Below the pieces are notes generated by a model, which was not told the DNA's origin, made no database searches, and saw only the letters and a program-made list of their open reading frames with translations. Shown in pieces: positions 48,404 to 59,541 of a stretch of DNA of 64,000 nucleotides; position 1 is the first letter of the stretch, and every line of letters starts with the position of its first letter. The translations under genes were made by a program, and so were the position numbers. This stretch comes from Candidatus Latescibacterota bacterium (GTDB taxonomy: Bacteria > Latescibacterota > UBA2968 > UBA8231): the NCBI GenBank assembly GCA_965248355.1, contig OZ252098.1, positions 3,520,001 to 3,584,000 on the forward strand, in the 5' to 3' direction.

Positions 48404-49957
48404 TCAGGCGCCGGCGGCTGAGCGAAGTCCCCTTCCATCCCTGGGCCTCGTGCCGAGCCGCCGCAGGCTCGAGAGACCCAGCCACGGCTGCAGGCCGGAG
48501 AGGATTCCGGTGTACAGGAATCCCGCGTGGAACAGCACCAGGAAGGGGATCCCCAGGTAGAGCTCCACCTCCCAGGCGCGGAGGATGACGAACACGAAGT
48601 AGCCCGCCATCCCCAACTCCGCCAGGGCCACGATGGTCTTCGAGCCGGCATACTTCGCGCCGGGAAGGGAACCAGTGCCGACCCCGTACTTGGGCGTCCG
48701 CTGGAACCCGGTCCTGTATCCCAGCAATCCCTCGAGCACGGCGCGGGCGTTGTTGAGGCACAAGCTGATGCCGATGGCCATCAGCAGCGGCAGGTACTTG
48801 ATGGAGCTCTTCCAGTCCTCGTACAGGGCCCGCTGGGAGACCAGGTAGTAGCTCCCGATGGCCATGGTCGCCATGGAGAACAGGGGCAGGTCGATGAGGA
48901 ACAGGCGGTGCTCCCAGGGCATGGACTTGCGGATTTCCAGAACCGGCAGCATCAGCACCGCCATGAGCAGCATCAGCACGTAGCAGATGTTCGCTGTCAG
49001 GTGCACGGTCGCCTCCACCTTGACCTTCAGGGGCAGGCGCGCCCGCCACACACGGGGCAGGATCTTGCGGGCGGTCTGCACCGCGCCCTTGGTCCAGCGG
49101 TGCTGCTGGGACTTGAAGGCGTTGATCTCCACCGGCAGCTCAGCCGGCACCTCGATGTCGGGCAGGTACAGGAACCTCCAACCGGCGAGTTGCGCGCGGA
49201 AGCTCAGATCGAGGTCCTCGGTGAGGGTGTCATGCTGCCAGCCGCCAGCGTCGACGATCGCCTGGCGCCGCCAGAGTCCGGCGGTGCCGTTGAAGTTGAA
49301 GAACCGGCCCGACCGGTTCCGCGCCGTATGCTCGATGACGAGATGGCCGTCGAGGAAGATCGACTGGATGCGGGTGAGCACGGAGAAGCGGCGGTTGAGA
49401 TGACCCCAGCGCATCTGCACCATGCCGATCCGTTCGTCGGCGAAGTGGTGGATCGTCTTCTTCAGGACGTCGGCGGGCGGCACGAAGTCGGCGTCGAGGA
49501 GGAAGATGAAGTCCTTGCGGGTCCGGGACAGGCCGGCGGCCAGGGCGCCGGCCTTGTATCCCTCGCGGTTGTCCCGGTGCAGGTAGCGCGCGTCCACCCC
49601 CTGCTCCCGCAGGCGCTCGACGGCGGCCACGGCCCGCTCCCGGGTCTCGTCCGTGGAATCGTCGAGGACCTGGACCTCGAGCCGGTCCTTTGGATAGTCG
49701 AGCCGGCCGATGCTGTCCACCAGACGGTCGACGACGTGATACTCGTTGTAGATGGGCAACTGCACCGTCACCCCGGGCAGCTCCTCGAAGCGCCGCTCCG
49801 GCGCCGGGATCTCCCGGCGGTGGCGGTAGTAGAGGCGCAGCATGAACCACCGGTGAAATCCGTACAGGCTCAGCAGGGCGACGGTGCCGCAATAGAGGGC
49901 GAGGATGGCGATCTGAGCCGCCGTCAAGGCGCCCGGTCCGTGAATCGTCTCTGCCAT
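48404..49957 (-). CDS. GT2 processive glycosyltransferase (cellulose synthase-like, CslA-like)
   Basis: [37 protein letters not shown]. Confidence 0.93.
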   Translation of the reverse strand: MAETIHGPGALTAAQIAILALYCGTVALLSLYGFHRWFMLRLYYRHRREIPAPERRFEELPGVTVQLPIYNEYHVVDRLVDSIGRLDYPKDRLEVQVLDDSTDETRERAVAAVERLREQGVDARYLHRDNREGYKAGALAAGLSRTRKDFIFLLDADFVPPADVLKKTIHHFADERIGMVQMRWGHLNRRFSVLTRIQSIFLDGHLVIEHTARNRSGRFFNFNGTAGLWRRQAIVDAGGWQHDTLTEDLDLSFRAQLAGWRFLYLPDIEVPAELPVEINAFKSQQHRWTKGAVQTARKILPRVWRARLPLKVKVEATVHLTANICYVLMLLMAVLMLPVLEIRKSMPWEHRLFLIDLPLFSMATMAIGSYYLVSQRALYEDWKSSIKYLPLLMAIGISLCLNNARAVLEGLLGYRTGFQRTPKYGVGTGSLPGAKYAGSKTIVALAELGMAGYFVFVILRAWEVELYLGIPFLVLFHAGFLYTGILSGLQPWLGLSSLRRLGTRPRDGRGLRSAAGA

Positions 49958-50031
49958 GGTCTCCCCTCAGGGGCCGTGCGGGAGCGTGGGCCGACCGCGA
50001 TCAGAAGGATCGCTCGCCCCTCGGCATCGCC

Positions 50032-53000
50032 TCAGGGCCGGGCCCTTTCAGGCCTCCCGTGGCAATGCTTGAACTTCTTGCCGCTGCCACAGGGACAGGG
50101 CTGGTTGCGCCCCACCTTCGGTTCGGCCCGCACCGGCGTCTTCCTCGCCGGTCCGCCGCCCTCGCTGCCGGCCGTTGCCAGCCCCTGGTCCCGGGGCCCG
50201 CCTGACGGACGTCCCAGGGGAAGCCCGTCGGCCACGGGCTCGCCCTGCTCCGGGGGAGCCGCGGGACCGGCCGGAAGACCGCGGAAACCGAGGTTGGTCG
50301 CCTCGCGGTGGATGTCGCTGAGCTGACCGCGCCCGACCCGCCCTCGCCGCTCCGGCACCGGTCCGGCATCGAAGCGCAGCTGGAACAGATTGCTCAACGA
50401 CTCGGTATCGATCCGCCCGATGAGGCTCTCGAACATCTCGAAGGCCTCCTTCTGGTAGACCAGCAGCGGATCCTTGCCGCCCACGCCGGCAAACCCGACC
50501 CCTTCCTTCAGCTCGTCCATCTCGTAGAGGTGTTCCTGCCAGCAGGTGTCGATGGTGTGCAGCAGGATGGCCTTCTCCACCTCGTTGAAGGTCCTCTCGT
50601 CGACGACCTGGCGGCGGTGCTCGTACGCGTCCCTGGCGGTCTCGAGCAGCCGCGCCTTCAGGTCGGCGGCCTCGACGCCGTCGCGCTCGGCGACCTCCAC
50701 CGGGAAGGGCGTGTAGAACCGGCTCGAGAAGTCGGCGGCCAGGTCTTCCCAGGTCCATTCGGAGGAGTGCTCGTTGGGCTGCGCGTGGGCGGCGGCCAGG
50801 CCGGAGACCGTCTCGGCGATGATGTCCAGCACCTGGTCCCGGGCGGAGTCCCGCTCGAGGATGTCGCGGCGGCGGTTGTAGATCACCTGGCGCTGCTGGT
50901 TCATCACGTCGTCGTACTTCAGCAGGTGCTTGCGGATCTCGAAGTTGCGCGCCTCCACCTTCTTCTGGGCCCGCTCGATGGAGCGCGTCACCATGCGGTG
51001 CTCGATGACCTCGCCCTCCTCGGCGCCGAGGCGGTCCATCACCGAGGCGATGCGCTCCGAGCCGAAGAGCCTCATCAGGTCGTCCTCGAGGGACAGGTAG
51101 AACCGCGAGCCTCCGGGGTCGCCCTGGCGTCCCCCGCGGCCCCGCAGCTGCCGGTCGATGCGCCGCGCGTCGTGCCGCTCGGTGCCGATCACCTGCAGGC
51201 CGCTCGGATTCTCGGTGAGCTCCTCGGCCAGCGGCCGGCCTCCCACCGGATCCTCCAGGGTCGTCTCCGACTCGATGATGCTGCGATCGATGTGCACGAC
51301 CCCGGGATTCAGCTTGATATCGGTACCCCGCCCGGCCATGTTGGTGGCGATGGTCACCGTGCCCGGCTGGCCGGCATCGGCCACGACCTGCGCCTCCTTG
51401 TCGTGGAAGCGGGCGTTGAGCAGCTGGTGCCTGATCCCCTTGCTCTTCAGCATGCGCGACAGCAGCTCGGAGATCTCCACCGAGATCGTGCCCACGAGCA
51501 CCGGCAACCCGCGCTCGTGAAGCCAGCCGATCTCCTCGATGATGGCGTTGTACTTCTCGCGCTTGGTGCGGAAGATCTGGTCCTCGTGGTCGACGCGGCG
51601 GATCGGCCGGTGGGTGGGAATGACGACCACGTCGAGCTTGTAGATCTCCCACAACTCGGCCGATTCGGTCTCGGCCGTGCCGGTCATGCCGGCCAGCTTG
51701 CGATACATGCGGAACAGGTTCTGCAGGGTGATGGTGGCCACCGTCTGCGTCTCCTGCTCGACCCTGACGCCCTCCTTGGCCTCCAGGGCCTGGTGCAGCC
51801 CGTCGGCGAACCGCCGCCCGGGCTGGGGGCGACCGGTGGACTCATCGACGATGACGACCTTCCTGTCCTCGGTCACCATGTACTGCACGTCGCGCTCGAA
51901 GAGGGTGTAGGCGCGCATCAACTGGTTGATGTTGTGCACCGCCTCGGTGCGCTGCTGATGGTCGCGATAGGCCTCGTCCTCGGCCGTGCGCCGCTCCTCC
52001 TCGCCCAGCGATTCGTCCTTTCGGATGCGGCCGATCTCCTCGCTCACGTCGGGCAGCACGAAGACGGCCTGCTCGTCCGGCGACAACAGGTCGCGGCCCT
52101 TGTCCATCAGGTCGAGGGTGTGGCCCTTCTCGTCGACCGCGTAGTACAACTCGTCGTCGATCTCGGTCATGCGCTTGTCGCGCATGAAGTCGGCCTCGAC
52201 GCGGCCGATGAGGCGCTTTGACCCCTCCTCCTGCAGCAGCTTCATGAGACGCCGGTTCTTCGGGGCGCCGCGCACGGCGCGCAGCAGGGCGATACCCGCC
52301 TCGTACTCGTCCCCGCCTTCCTTGCGCTTGCTCTCGGCCTCGGCCACGAGCTTGTTCACGAGGTTCGTCTGGGCCCGCAGCAGCCTCTCCACCATCGGCT
52401 TGAACTCGGCGTAGCGGCTCGTCGCCTCGGGCACCGGGCCGGAGATGATCAACGGCGTGCGGGCGTCGTCGATGAGGTTGGAGTCGGCCTCGTCGACGAT
52501 GGCGTAGTTGAACTCCCGCTGCACCATGTGCTCGCGGCGGGTGGCCATGTTGTCGTAGAGATAGTCGAACCCCACCTGGTCCTTGGTGGCATATAGGATG
52601 TCGGCCCGGTACGCCTCGTACCGGGTGGCCGGCCGCCAGACGAAGTCCTCGGGGGCGGACTCCGGCGCCGGCAGCAGGTAGGCCTCGGCGCCGCCGGTCT
52701 GGCGCTGGTCCTGGATCACCCCCACGGACAGGCCGAGGAAGCTGAAGACCCCGCCCATCCACATGGCGTCGCGCTTGGCCAGGTAGTTGTTGTGGGTGAT
52801 CAGGTGCACGCCGCGGCCCGGCAGCGCGTTGAGGTACAGGGGCATGGTGGCCACCAGGGTCTTGCCCTCGCCGGTGGCCATCTCGGCGATCTTGCCCTGG
52901 TGCAGCACGGTGCCGCCGAAGAGCTGCACGTCGTAGGGCACCATGAACCACTCCTCGAGCCCCGCGACACCCTCCCAACTGCGCCCCGCGAGCCGGCGGC

Positions 53001-53349
53001 AGGCCTCCCTGACCACGGCGAAGGCCTCGGCCTGGATCTCGTTCAGGGCCTCTTCCTCGACCGAGTGGATCTCCTCGTTGAGGGCCTGGTGGCGATCGTT
53101 GCGGTCTTCGCGCTCCTCCGGCTCCAGGTCGCCGCGAAGCCGCTGCTCGATCTCCTCGATCTCGACGGCCCGGGCCCCGACGCGATCGCGGATCACCTCG
53201 CGGAACCGCACCGTACAGGCGAACAGCTCGGCGTCGGACCGCGATTGCAGCCGCGCCACCTCGTCGTTGATCTCGCCGATGGCCGGCGCGGCCTTCCTGA
53301 ACTCCCGCTCGCCCTGGGAGCCCAGAAGTCTTTTCAGTGAACCCAGCAT
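50032..53349 (-). CDS. secA: Preprotein translocase ATPase SecA
   Basis: [45 protein letters not shown]-terminal [13 protein letters not shown]. Confidence 0.98.
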   Translation of the reverse strand: MLGSLKRLLGSQGEREFRKAAPAIGEINDEVARLQSRSDAELFACTVRFREVIRDRVGARAVEIEEIEQRLRGDLEPEEREDRNDRHQALNEEIHSVEEEALNEIQAEAFAVVREACRRLAGRSWEGVAGLEEWFMVPYDVQLFGGTVLHQGKIAEMATGEGKTLVATMPLYLNALPGRGVHLITHNNYLAKRDAMWMGGVFSFLGLSVGVIQDQRQTGGAEAYLLPAPESAPEDFVWRPATRYEAYRADILYATKDQVGFDYLYDNMATRREHMVQREFNYAIVDEADSNLIDDARTPLIISGPVPEATSRYAEFKPMVERLLRAQTNLVNKLVAEAESKRKEGGDEYEAGIALLRAVRGAPKNRRLMKLLQEEGSKRLIGRVEADFMRDKRMTEIDDELYYAVDEKGHTLDLMDKGRDLLSPDEQAVFVLPDVSEEIGRIRKDESLGEEERRTAEDEAYRDHQQRTEAVHNINQLMRAYTLFERDVQYMVTEDRKVVIVDESTGRPQPGRRFADGLHQALEAKEGVRVEQETQTVATITLQNLFRMYRKLAGMTGTAETESAELWEIYKLDVVVIPTHRPIRRVDHEDQIFRTKREKYNAIIEEIGWLHERGLPVLVGTISVEISELLSRMLKSKGIRHQLLNARFHDKEAQVVADAGQPGTVTIATNMAGRGTDIKLNPGVVHIDRSIIESETTLEDPVGGRPLAEELTENPSGLQVIGTERHDARRIDRQLRGRGGRQGDPGGSRFYLSLEDDLMRLFGSERIASVMDRLGAEEGEVIEHRMVTRSIERAQKKVEARNFEIRKHLLKYDDVMNQQRQVIYNRRRDILERDSARDQVLDIIAETVSGLAAAHAQPNEHSSEWTWEDLAADFSSRFYTPFPVEVAERDGVEAADLKARLLETARDAYEHRRQVVDERTFNEVEKAILLHTIDTCWQEHLYEMDELKEGVGFAGVGGKDPLLVYQKEAFEMFESLIGRIDTESLSNLFQLRFDAGPVPERRGRVGRGQLSDIHREATNLGFRGLPAGPAAPPEQGEPVADGLPLGRPSGGPRDQGLATAGSEGGGPARKTPVRAEPKVGRNQPCPCGSGKKFKHCHGRPERARP

Positions 53350-53535
53350 GTGTCTATGGGCCGGCTCGGTGTGGTCGGGACGGGGATCGGGATGCTCGCT
53401 GCCGGGCGCCCGGCGAGGAATCGGGAAAGATACTCGGCGCTGCGGGCGCCGGCCACCGACCGTTCTTCGGCGGCCCTGCGGGACGGACCGGGCCGGGTGG
53501 ACCGTGCTGCCGGCCGCCAGGTTCCACCAGGCGGG

Positions 53536-53994
53536 TCACAACCGGATGCCGCGGGCCCTCGCGATCCCGTCCAGCACGCCGTTGACGAAGGCGTGGGACT
53601 TGCCGCCGCCGTACGTGCGCGCCAGTTCGACCGCCTCGTCGATGGCCACGCGAGGGGGAACGTCATCGAAGTAGAGCAACTCGGCGGCCCCGAGTCGGAG
53701 CACGAGCCCGTCGAGGCGGGCGATGCGGTCGCTGTGCCAGTTGGTGGCGGTGGTCGAGATCAGGTCATCGAGCTCCCGGGCGTGCTCGACGGCCGTCCGC
53801 GCCAGGCGGCTGGCGAACTCGACGTTCTCCCGCCGCAGAGCGGCGGCCGTGGCGCGCTGGTGGAAGGCCTCGTCGAGCTGCCCCGGTGACGCCAGTTCCC
53901 AGTAGAGAACCTCGAGGGCCAGCCGCCGGGCACCGGTGCGGCTGTCCGGCAGCGCCTCCTCTTCGACCCCCCACTCGGCGTCGGCGCCGGTCAA
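53536..53994 (-). CDS. nusB: Transcription antitermination factor NusB
   Basis: RTGARRLALEVLY, VPPRVAIDEAVELARTYG, FVNGVLD. Confidence 0.95.
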   Translation of the reverse strand: MTGADAEWGVEEEALPDSRTGARRLALEVLYWELASPGQLDEAFHQRATAAALRRENVEFASRLARTAVEHARELDDLISTTATNWHSDRIARLDGLVLRLGAAELLYFDDVPPRVAIDEAVELARTYGGGKSHAFVNGVLDGIARARGIRL

Positions 53995-54000
53995 GGCCTC

Positions 54001-54468
54001 TCAGTCCAGACCGGCCATCAGATCGGCCATTTCGATGGCGTTCATCGCGGCGTCCCACCCCCGGTTGCCGGAGCGCACGCCGGCGCGGTTGACGGCCTGC
54101 TCCACGTCGTCGGCGGTGATCACCCCGAAGGTCACCGGCGTGCCGCTGTCGAGACCAACCCGGGCGATGCCGCGAGCGGCTTCGCCCGCGACGAAGTCGA
54201 AGTGGGGGGTCTCGGAGCGTATCACGGCGCCGAGGCAGATGATCACGTCGAAGCGCCCGGTCCCCGCCAGCCTGCGCGCCACCAGGGGCAGCTCGAAGGA
54301 TCCGGGGACCCAGGCGATCTCGACGTTGTCCTCGGGACAGCCGTGGCGCCGCAGGCAATCCAGGGCGCCGTCGAGCAGCTTGCCCGTGATCAGGCTGTTG
54401 AAACGGGCCACGACGATGGCAAAGCGCCGGCTGCCGGCCTCGAGCTTGCCCTCATGCACTCTCGGCAT
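54001..54468 (-). CDS. ribH: 6,7-dimethyl-8-ribityllumazine synthase
   Basis: [30 protein letters not shown]. Confidence 0.97.
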   Translation of the reverse strand: MPRVHEGKLEAGSRRFAIVVARFNSLITGKLLDGALDCLRRHGCPEDNVEIAWVPGSFELPLVARRLAGTGRFDVIICLGAVIRSETPHFDFVAGEAARGIARVGLDSGTPVTFGVITADDVEQAVNRAGVRSGNRGWDAAMNAIEMADLMAGLD

Positions 54469-55714
54469 CGGGATCCTCTCGTTCGGAGAGCAAGTTGACG
54501 TGCCCCATGCGGTCTCGCTTGGTGCGCAGGTAGCGGATGTTGTGCCGGTTGGGCTCCGCCGCCAGCGGCACCTGCTCGACCACGGTCAGCCCGTAGCCGT
54601 CGAGGCCGACGCGCTTGCGCGGGTTGTTGGTCAGCAGGCGCAGCTGCCGCAGGCCGAGATCGTACAGGACCTGGGCGCCGATGCCGTAGTCCCGGACATC
54701 GGCGGGCAGGCCCAGGGCATGGTTGGCCTCGACCGTGTCGAGACCCTGGCTCTGCTGCAGCTCGTAGGCCTTCAGCTTGTGGATCAGCCCGATGCCGCGG
54801 CCCTCGTGACTCTGGATATAGACGATCACGCCCCGGCCCTCGGCGGCGATCAGCGACATGGCCCGCTGCAGCTGCTCGCCGCAGTCACACAGATGCGACC
54901 CGAGGGCGTCGCCGGTGACGCAGCAGGAGTGCATGCGCACCAGGGTCGGGCCGCCGTCGGAGACATCTCCCATGGCGAGGGCGATGTACGGACTGCCGTC
55001 GACCAGGGAGCGGTAGGCATAGGCGGTGAACTCGCCGTGCCGGGTCGGCATGGAGGCGCGAGCCTGCAGCTCGATCAGCTTCTCGGACCGCCGCCGGTGG
55101 GCGATCAGATCGCGGATGGTGGCGATCTTGAGACCGTGCCGAGCGGCGAACTCGAGCAGGTAGGGTGTGGAGGCCAGCTCCCCGTCGGTGTCGAGGACCG
55201 AGGCCAGGACCGCCACCGGCTGAAAGCCGGACACCCGGGCCAGATCGACGGAGGCCTCGGTGTGACCGGCCCGCCGCAATACGCCGCCAGGTTGCGCGGC
55301 GATCGGCGTCACGTGGCCCGGCTGCACGAAGTCCGCCCCCCGGCTGCTCGGATCGGCCAGACGACGGATGGTGAGCGTGCGCTCCTGGACGGAGACGCCG
55401 GTGCCCGCCACCTCGCGGGCGTTGACCGAGGTCATGTAGGCGGCGCCCCGGGGGCCGGCCCCCCCTGGACGCGCCAGCTCCAGACCCGAGGCCTCGAGAC
55501 GCTCGCGATCGGCGGCGACGTAGACCGGCCCCCCGGCGTGGCGGGCGATGAAGTTGACCGAAGCGGAGTCGGCGAGCTCGGCGATCATGACCAGCTCCCC
55601 CTCGCCGACGAGATCGGAGCCGTCCACGTCGACGGCGCGCTCGTCCACCAGCACCACCATGCGGCCGGCGGCCAGCTCCTCGATGATCTCCTCGATGGTG
55701 TTGAAATCAGGCAC
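54452..55714 (-). CDS. ribBA: RibBA fusion: GTP cyclohydrolase II with degenerate DHBP-synthase domain
   Basis: [23 protein letters not shown]...[30 protein letters not shown]. Confidence 0.9.
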   Translation of the reverse strand: MPDFNTIEEIIEELAAGRMVVLVDERAVDVDGSDLVGEGELVMIAELADSASVNFIARHAGGPVYVAADRERLEASGLELARPGGAGPRGAAYMTSVNAREVAGTGVSVQERTLTIRRLADPSSRGADFVQPGHVTPIAAQPGGVLRRAGHTEASVDLARVSGFQPVAVLASVLDTDGELASTPYLLEFAARHGLKIATIRDLIAHRRRSEKLIELQARASMPTRHGEFTAYAYRSLVDGSPYIALAMGDVSDGGPTLVRMHSCCVTGDALGSHLCDCGEQLQRAMSLIAAEGRGVIVYIQSHEGRGIGLIHKLKAYELQQSQGLDTVEANHALGLPADVRDYGIGAQVLYDLGLRQLRLLTNNPRKRVGLDGYGLTVVEQVPLAAEPNRHNIRYLRTKRDRMGHVNLLSEREDPDAESA

Positions 55715-55748
55715 GGTCAAAAAAGCCCGGCACGAGGCCGGGCCAGGA

Positions 55749-56402
55749 TCAGGTGTATCCCAGGTCCCGGAGAGCATCGAGGGTGAGGCCGCCCCGGCCG
55801 GGGGATCGGCCGGCCTCCAGAAGGCGCTCCACGTAGCGGGCGACCACGTCGATCTCGAGGTTCACCCGGGCGCCGGCGCGGATCTGCGAAAGGTTCGTAT
55901 GTACTAATGTATGCGGTATGATAGCGACGGTAAAGGTGCCGTCTGGTGCGACCCCGGCGAGGGTCAGGCTGATCCCGTCGACGGCGATGCATCCCTTGGC
56001 CGCGAGATAGCGTGCGAGCTCCGCCGGGGGAGCCGCCTCGAGGACCGTGTCGCCGCCCGCCAGGTCGAGTCGGCGCACGGTGCCGACACCGTCGACGTGA
56101 CCCAGGACCAGATGTCCGCCCAGCCGGTCGGAGGAGCGCAGGGAGCGTTCCAGGTTCACGGGCGATCCCGGCCGCAGCTGTCCCAGGGTCGTACGCCGCA
56201 AGGTCTCGGCCACGGACTCGACGCGGAAGCTTCCCTCCTTCAGGTCCACCACGGTTTGGCAGGCCCCGTTGATGTTGACGCTGTCGCCGGGCTTCAGGTC
56301 CTCGCAGACCCTCGGGGCGGCGATCTCCAGGCGCTGCAGATCCTCCCCCGGGCGCTCGACCCGGCGGACGGTGCCCACTTCCTCGATCAGCCCGGTGAAC
56401 AC
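55749..56402 (-). CDS. ribE: Riboflavin synthase alpha chain
   Basis: GTG start MFTGLIEE, NGACQTV, GGHLVLGHVDG, VNLEID. Confidence 0.96.
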   Translation of the reverse strand: MFTGLIEEVGTVRRVERPGEDLQRLEIAAPRVCEDLKPGDSVNINGACQTVVDLKEGSFRVESVAETLRRTTLGQLRPGSPVNLERSLRSSDRLGGHLVLGHVDGVGTVRRLDLAGGDTVLEAAPPAELARYLAAKGCIAVDGISLTLAGVAPDGTFTVAIIPHTLVHTNLSQIRAGARVNLEIDVVARYVERLLEAGRSPGRGGLTLDALRDLGYT

Positions 56403-57484
56403 GGGTAGACCACCCTCCCGGTATAGAGCAGGTCCTCTCCAAGGCGGCGGGTACGCACCTGCTCGAGAGCAGGCGTCTCCTCCAGGGTCTTCACGCCCAG
56501 ATCCCCGACTCCGGCCAGGGCATCGCCCCCCAGCAGGCGGGGGGCGATGTAGATCATCACGCGGTCCACGGCCCGGGCCCTCAGGGCCGCACCCGCCAGC
56601 GTGCGTCCACCCTCGAGAAGAACGCTGGTGAGCCCCGCCTGGCCCGCCCGTGCCCACAGGTCGGACAACCCGACGACCCCCTCCTCGTCCGGCAGCGTCC
56701 AGACCTCCACGCCCCGCTCGGAGAATCGCCGGCGAGCCGGCTCCGGTGCCGATGCCGCCGTGGCCAGGATCGGTTCCCGGCCGCCGAAGACCTTCGCCGA
56801 TGGCCGGCAGCGCAGGCCTCCGTCCACGACGAGGGGCCGTGGGTCGCGGCCCCTCGTGTGGCGCACCGTCAGGGCCGGATCGTCGGCAAGCACCGTGCCG
56901 GCGCCCACGGCCACGGCGTCCACCCAGGAACGCCAACGGTGGGCGTGGCGCCGCGCCGGCTCGCCGGTGATCCACCGCGAGGCCCCCGAGGCGGTGGCGA
57001 TGCGCCCGTCGAGGGACTGGCCCAGCTTGAGCACCACCAGCGGCCGTCCGGTGCGGCGGTGGTGCAGGTAGGCGGCGTTCTGCTCCTCCGCCTCGGCCGC
57101 GCGGGAGCCCACCTCGACCCCGATGCCGGCCTCCCGGAGCCGGGAGAAACCCCGGCCGTTGACCCGCGGGTCGGGATCCTGCAGGGAGCAGACCACCCGC
57201 CGGATCCCGGCGGCGGCCACCGCCTCGGCGCACGGCGGAGTGCGGCCCTGAAAGGAGCACGGTTCCAGGTTGCAGAACAGGGTGCCGCCGAGGGCCCCCT
57301 CGCCGGCGGCCCTCAGGGCCTCGATCTCGGCATGGGGCCCCCCGAGCCGTCGGTGCCAGCCCTCGCCGGCGACGGCGCCTGACGCGTCGACGACGACGGC
57401 GCCCACCATGGGATTCGGGCTCACCTTGCCGCGGCCACGGGCGGCCAGGGCCAGGGCCCGGCCGAGTGCCTTGGCCTCATCCAA
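56387..57484 (-). CDS. ribD: Riboflavin deaminase/reductase RibD
   Basis: SPNPMVGAV, PHAEIEAL, LEPCSFQGRTPPC, SLDGRIA, EGGRTL. Confidence 0.95.
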   Translation of the reverse strand: MDEAKALGRALALAARGRGKVSPNPMVGAVVVDASGAVAGEGWHRRLGGPHAEIEALRAAGEGALGGTLFCNLEPCSFQGRTPPCAEAVAAAGIRRVVCSLQDPDPRVNGRGFSRLREAGIGVEVGSRAAEAEEQNAAYLHHRRTGRPLVVLKLGQSLDGRIATASGASRWITGEPARRHAHRWRSWVDAVAVGAGTVLADDPALTVRHTRGRDPRPLVVDGGLRCRPSAKVFGGREPILATAASAPEPARRRFSERGVEVWTLPDEEGVVGLSDLWARAGQAGLTSVLLEGGRTLAGAALRARAVDRVMIYIAPRLLGGDALAGVGDLGVKTLEETPALEQVRTRRLGEDLLYTGRVVYPCSPG

Positions 57485-57492
57485 CCGGGGAA

Positions 57493-59541
57493 CTACTCGA
57501 CTTCCACGAGAACGCGGGCCACGCCCACGTTGTCGAGGGCGTCCCAGGCCTGCACCGAGATGACGTGCTCTCCAGGCTCCAGGTCCTGCTCCCGGAAGGT
57601 GGCCGCCTCCCGCCGGCCGTCGAAGACCCCGTCGTCGGGGGCCAGACGGATGCCCGCGTCGTCGTAGTCGACGCTGTAGCGGGCTCCGTGGACTGCGGTG
57701 ACGGCGTCCTCGATCTCCGCGTGGAGGAGGATCCCGCCGTTCTCCCGGCTCGCCCTCAGACGGACGCGGGGCGGGGTGTTGTCGATCGGGAAGGGATGAC
57801 TCACGTAGTCGTCCTCGAGGGCCAGCTCCAGGGGGTTGTCCGGGGCGTCCGAAGCGACCACCCGCAGCTGCGTCGTGCCCTCGGGCATGCTCTCCGTGTC
57901 CCAGAACAGGGTGGTCTGGGCGATCCGGTCCTCCACCAGCTTCCACTCCCGTTGATCCTCGCCGCGCAGGTAGACACGGTAGCTGAGCTCGTCCCCGTTC
58001 GGATCCTGCGCCTGCCAGCGCACGAGGCGCAGGCTCTTGCTCCGAGGCAGTCCCCGGTTGCCGTCCCGGGGGCCGTTCTGCGGCGGCGGCGGCGGGCCCT
58101 GGCCCTGGGGATTGCCGCGATAGGCGAAGGTGGTCACCTCGGAGATGCGGGGAGGCAGGTTGGTCGGCCGGGCCGCCATCGACACTCGTCTCACCCGGGG
58201 CGTGCGCTCGGGGTCCCGGGACGACAGGACCAGACGGTATTGCAGGTAGCGCGCCGGGGGGCTGGATATGGCCGTGCCGGATTCGGTGACCGTCTCGGAC
58301 CACTCGCTCCAGGTCTCGTCCGGCGTGGCCGTGTTGCCCGAGCGGGTTCGGAGAAAGAGTCGGGTGCGCTCGGGGACCGAGGCCTCCCACTCCACGGTCC
58401 CCCAGTGTCCGTGGCTGCCGAGGTCTTCCACCGGGGCGTCGAAGAACCCGCTGTCGGCGGCGCTCGGGGTCAGGCGGGACAGGCGTCCCGTGAGCCCGTC
58501 GCCGACGATCCAGTCGCCGTCCCGCAGCAGAAGCGCGTTCGGCGACAGGGAATCGGCCGCGGCGAGGCGCTCTCCGAGCCGTCCCTCGGTGTGCACGCGC
58601 AACAACTGCGCCGGCTCCCGCAGGACCGCCGCCAGCCAGCCGTCCCCGCCGTCGGCGAGACCGGCCCAGACCCCCGGTCCGCGCCAAAGGGGGTAGGAGC
58701 CCCCGCCCGGATCGACTCGGAGCAGGGTCGCCAGCGACTCCGGGCTCCCGCCCTGCGCCTCCGGGGGCGTGGTGACCAGGGCCGCGAAGAGGGTGTCGCC
58801 CATGGCGACCAGGTGGGTGACCTCTTCGGCGTCGGTCTCAATCACGAGGCGGGCTCCGGATCCGGTGAGCTCGTAGATGCGGGCCCGGGCCTGGGGGCTG
58901 GGGGAGTCCTCTCCCGTACCGGAGACGGCGGTGCCGGCGTACCAGCGCGAGCCGGCGACGGCCAGGGCGCGCACGTGATCGCCGGTACGGCCCTGAAACA
59001 GGGTGTCCACCTGGTCGCCGGCGATGCGCAGCACGCGGGCCGGTCCGCCGGCGGCGACGAGCAGGCGGCCCCGGCGATCGAGGGCCAGGTCCCAGACATA
59101 GCGGCTCCCCGAGGCCGTCTCCGAAGCCACCTCGCCGTTCGGGGCCAGGCGGTAGACGAGACCGTCGGGAGAGGTGCCGGCGAAGAGCCCGCCAGCCACC
59201 GGCTCGAGGGCGTGCACGCCGACCTCGGGCGAGTCGAAGAGCAGCCGGGGCGTCGCCTCCTTGCCCGATAGACGGAAGATGCGCCCCTCGTCCCCGGTGC
59301 CGACCCACAGATCGGCATCGTCGGTCGCCAAGGTCCAGATCCGGCGGGCATCGACCTCGGCCAGCGGGGTCAGGACCGGTCCGAGAGCCAGCTCACCGTC
59401 GGAGCTCAGGGAGATGCCGACACCGGTGCCGGACTCGAAGTCGGCGAAACGGGCCTGATGGCGGATGACCGGATCGACGCTCCAAACAGGGACGGCCAGC
59501 AGGCAGACCAGCAAGTGGGTTCGACGGATCAGTGGACTCAC
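57493..59541 (-). CDS. Exported beta-propeller plus Ig-like domain hypothetical protein
   Basis: Signal peptide; repeats WVGTGDEGRIF, FAGTSPDGLVY; TRSGNTATPDETWSEWS; WQAQDPNGDEL; GTG overlaps upstream TGA. Confidence 0.75.
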   Translation of the reverse strand: MSPLIRRTHLLVCLLAVPVWSVDPVIRHQARFADFESGTGVGISLSSDGELALGPVLTPLAEVDARRIWTLATDDADLWVGTGDEGRIFRLSGKEATPRLLFDSPEVGVHALEPVAGGLFAGTSPDGLVYRLAPNGEVASETASGSRYVWDLALDRRGRLLVAAGGPARVLRIAGDQVDTLFQGRTGDHVRALAVAGSRWYAGTAVSGTGEDSPSPQARARIYELTGSGARLVIETDAEEVTHLVAMGDTLFAALVTTPPEAQGGSPESLATLLRVDPGGGSYPLWRGPGVWAGLADGGDGWLAAVLREPAQLLRVHTEGRLGERLAAADSLSPNALLLRDGDWIVGDGLTGRLSRLTPSAADSGFFDAPVEDLGSHGHWGTVEWEASVPERTRLFLRTRSGNTATPDETWSEWSETVTESGTAISSPPARYLQYRLVLSSRDPERTPRVRRVSMAARPTNLPPRISEVTTFAYRGNPQGQGPPPPPQNGPRDGNRGLPRSKSLRLVRWQAQDPNGDELSYRVYLRGEDQREWKLVEDRIAQTTLFWDTESMPEGTTQLRVVASDAPDNPLELALEDDYVSHPFPIDNTPPRVRLRASRENGGILLHAEIEDAVTAVHGARYSVDYDDAGIRLAPDDGVFDGRREAATFREQDLEPGEHVISVQAWDALDNVGVARVLVEVE

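Noticed and set aside
57480..57500. FMN riboswitch before ribD
   Set aside because: Only 8 nt separate ribD from the upstream gene
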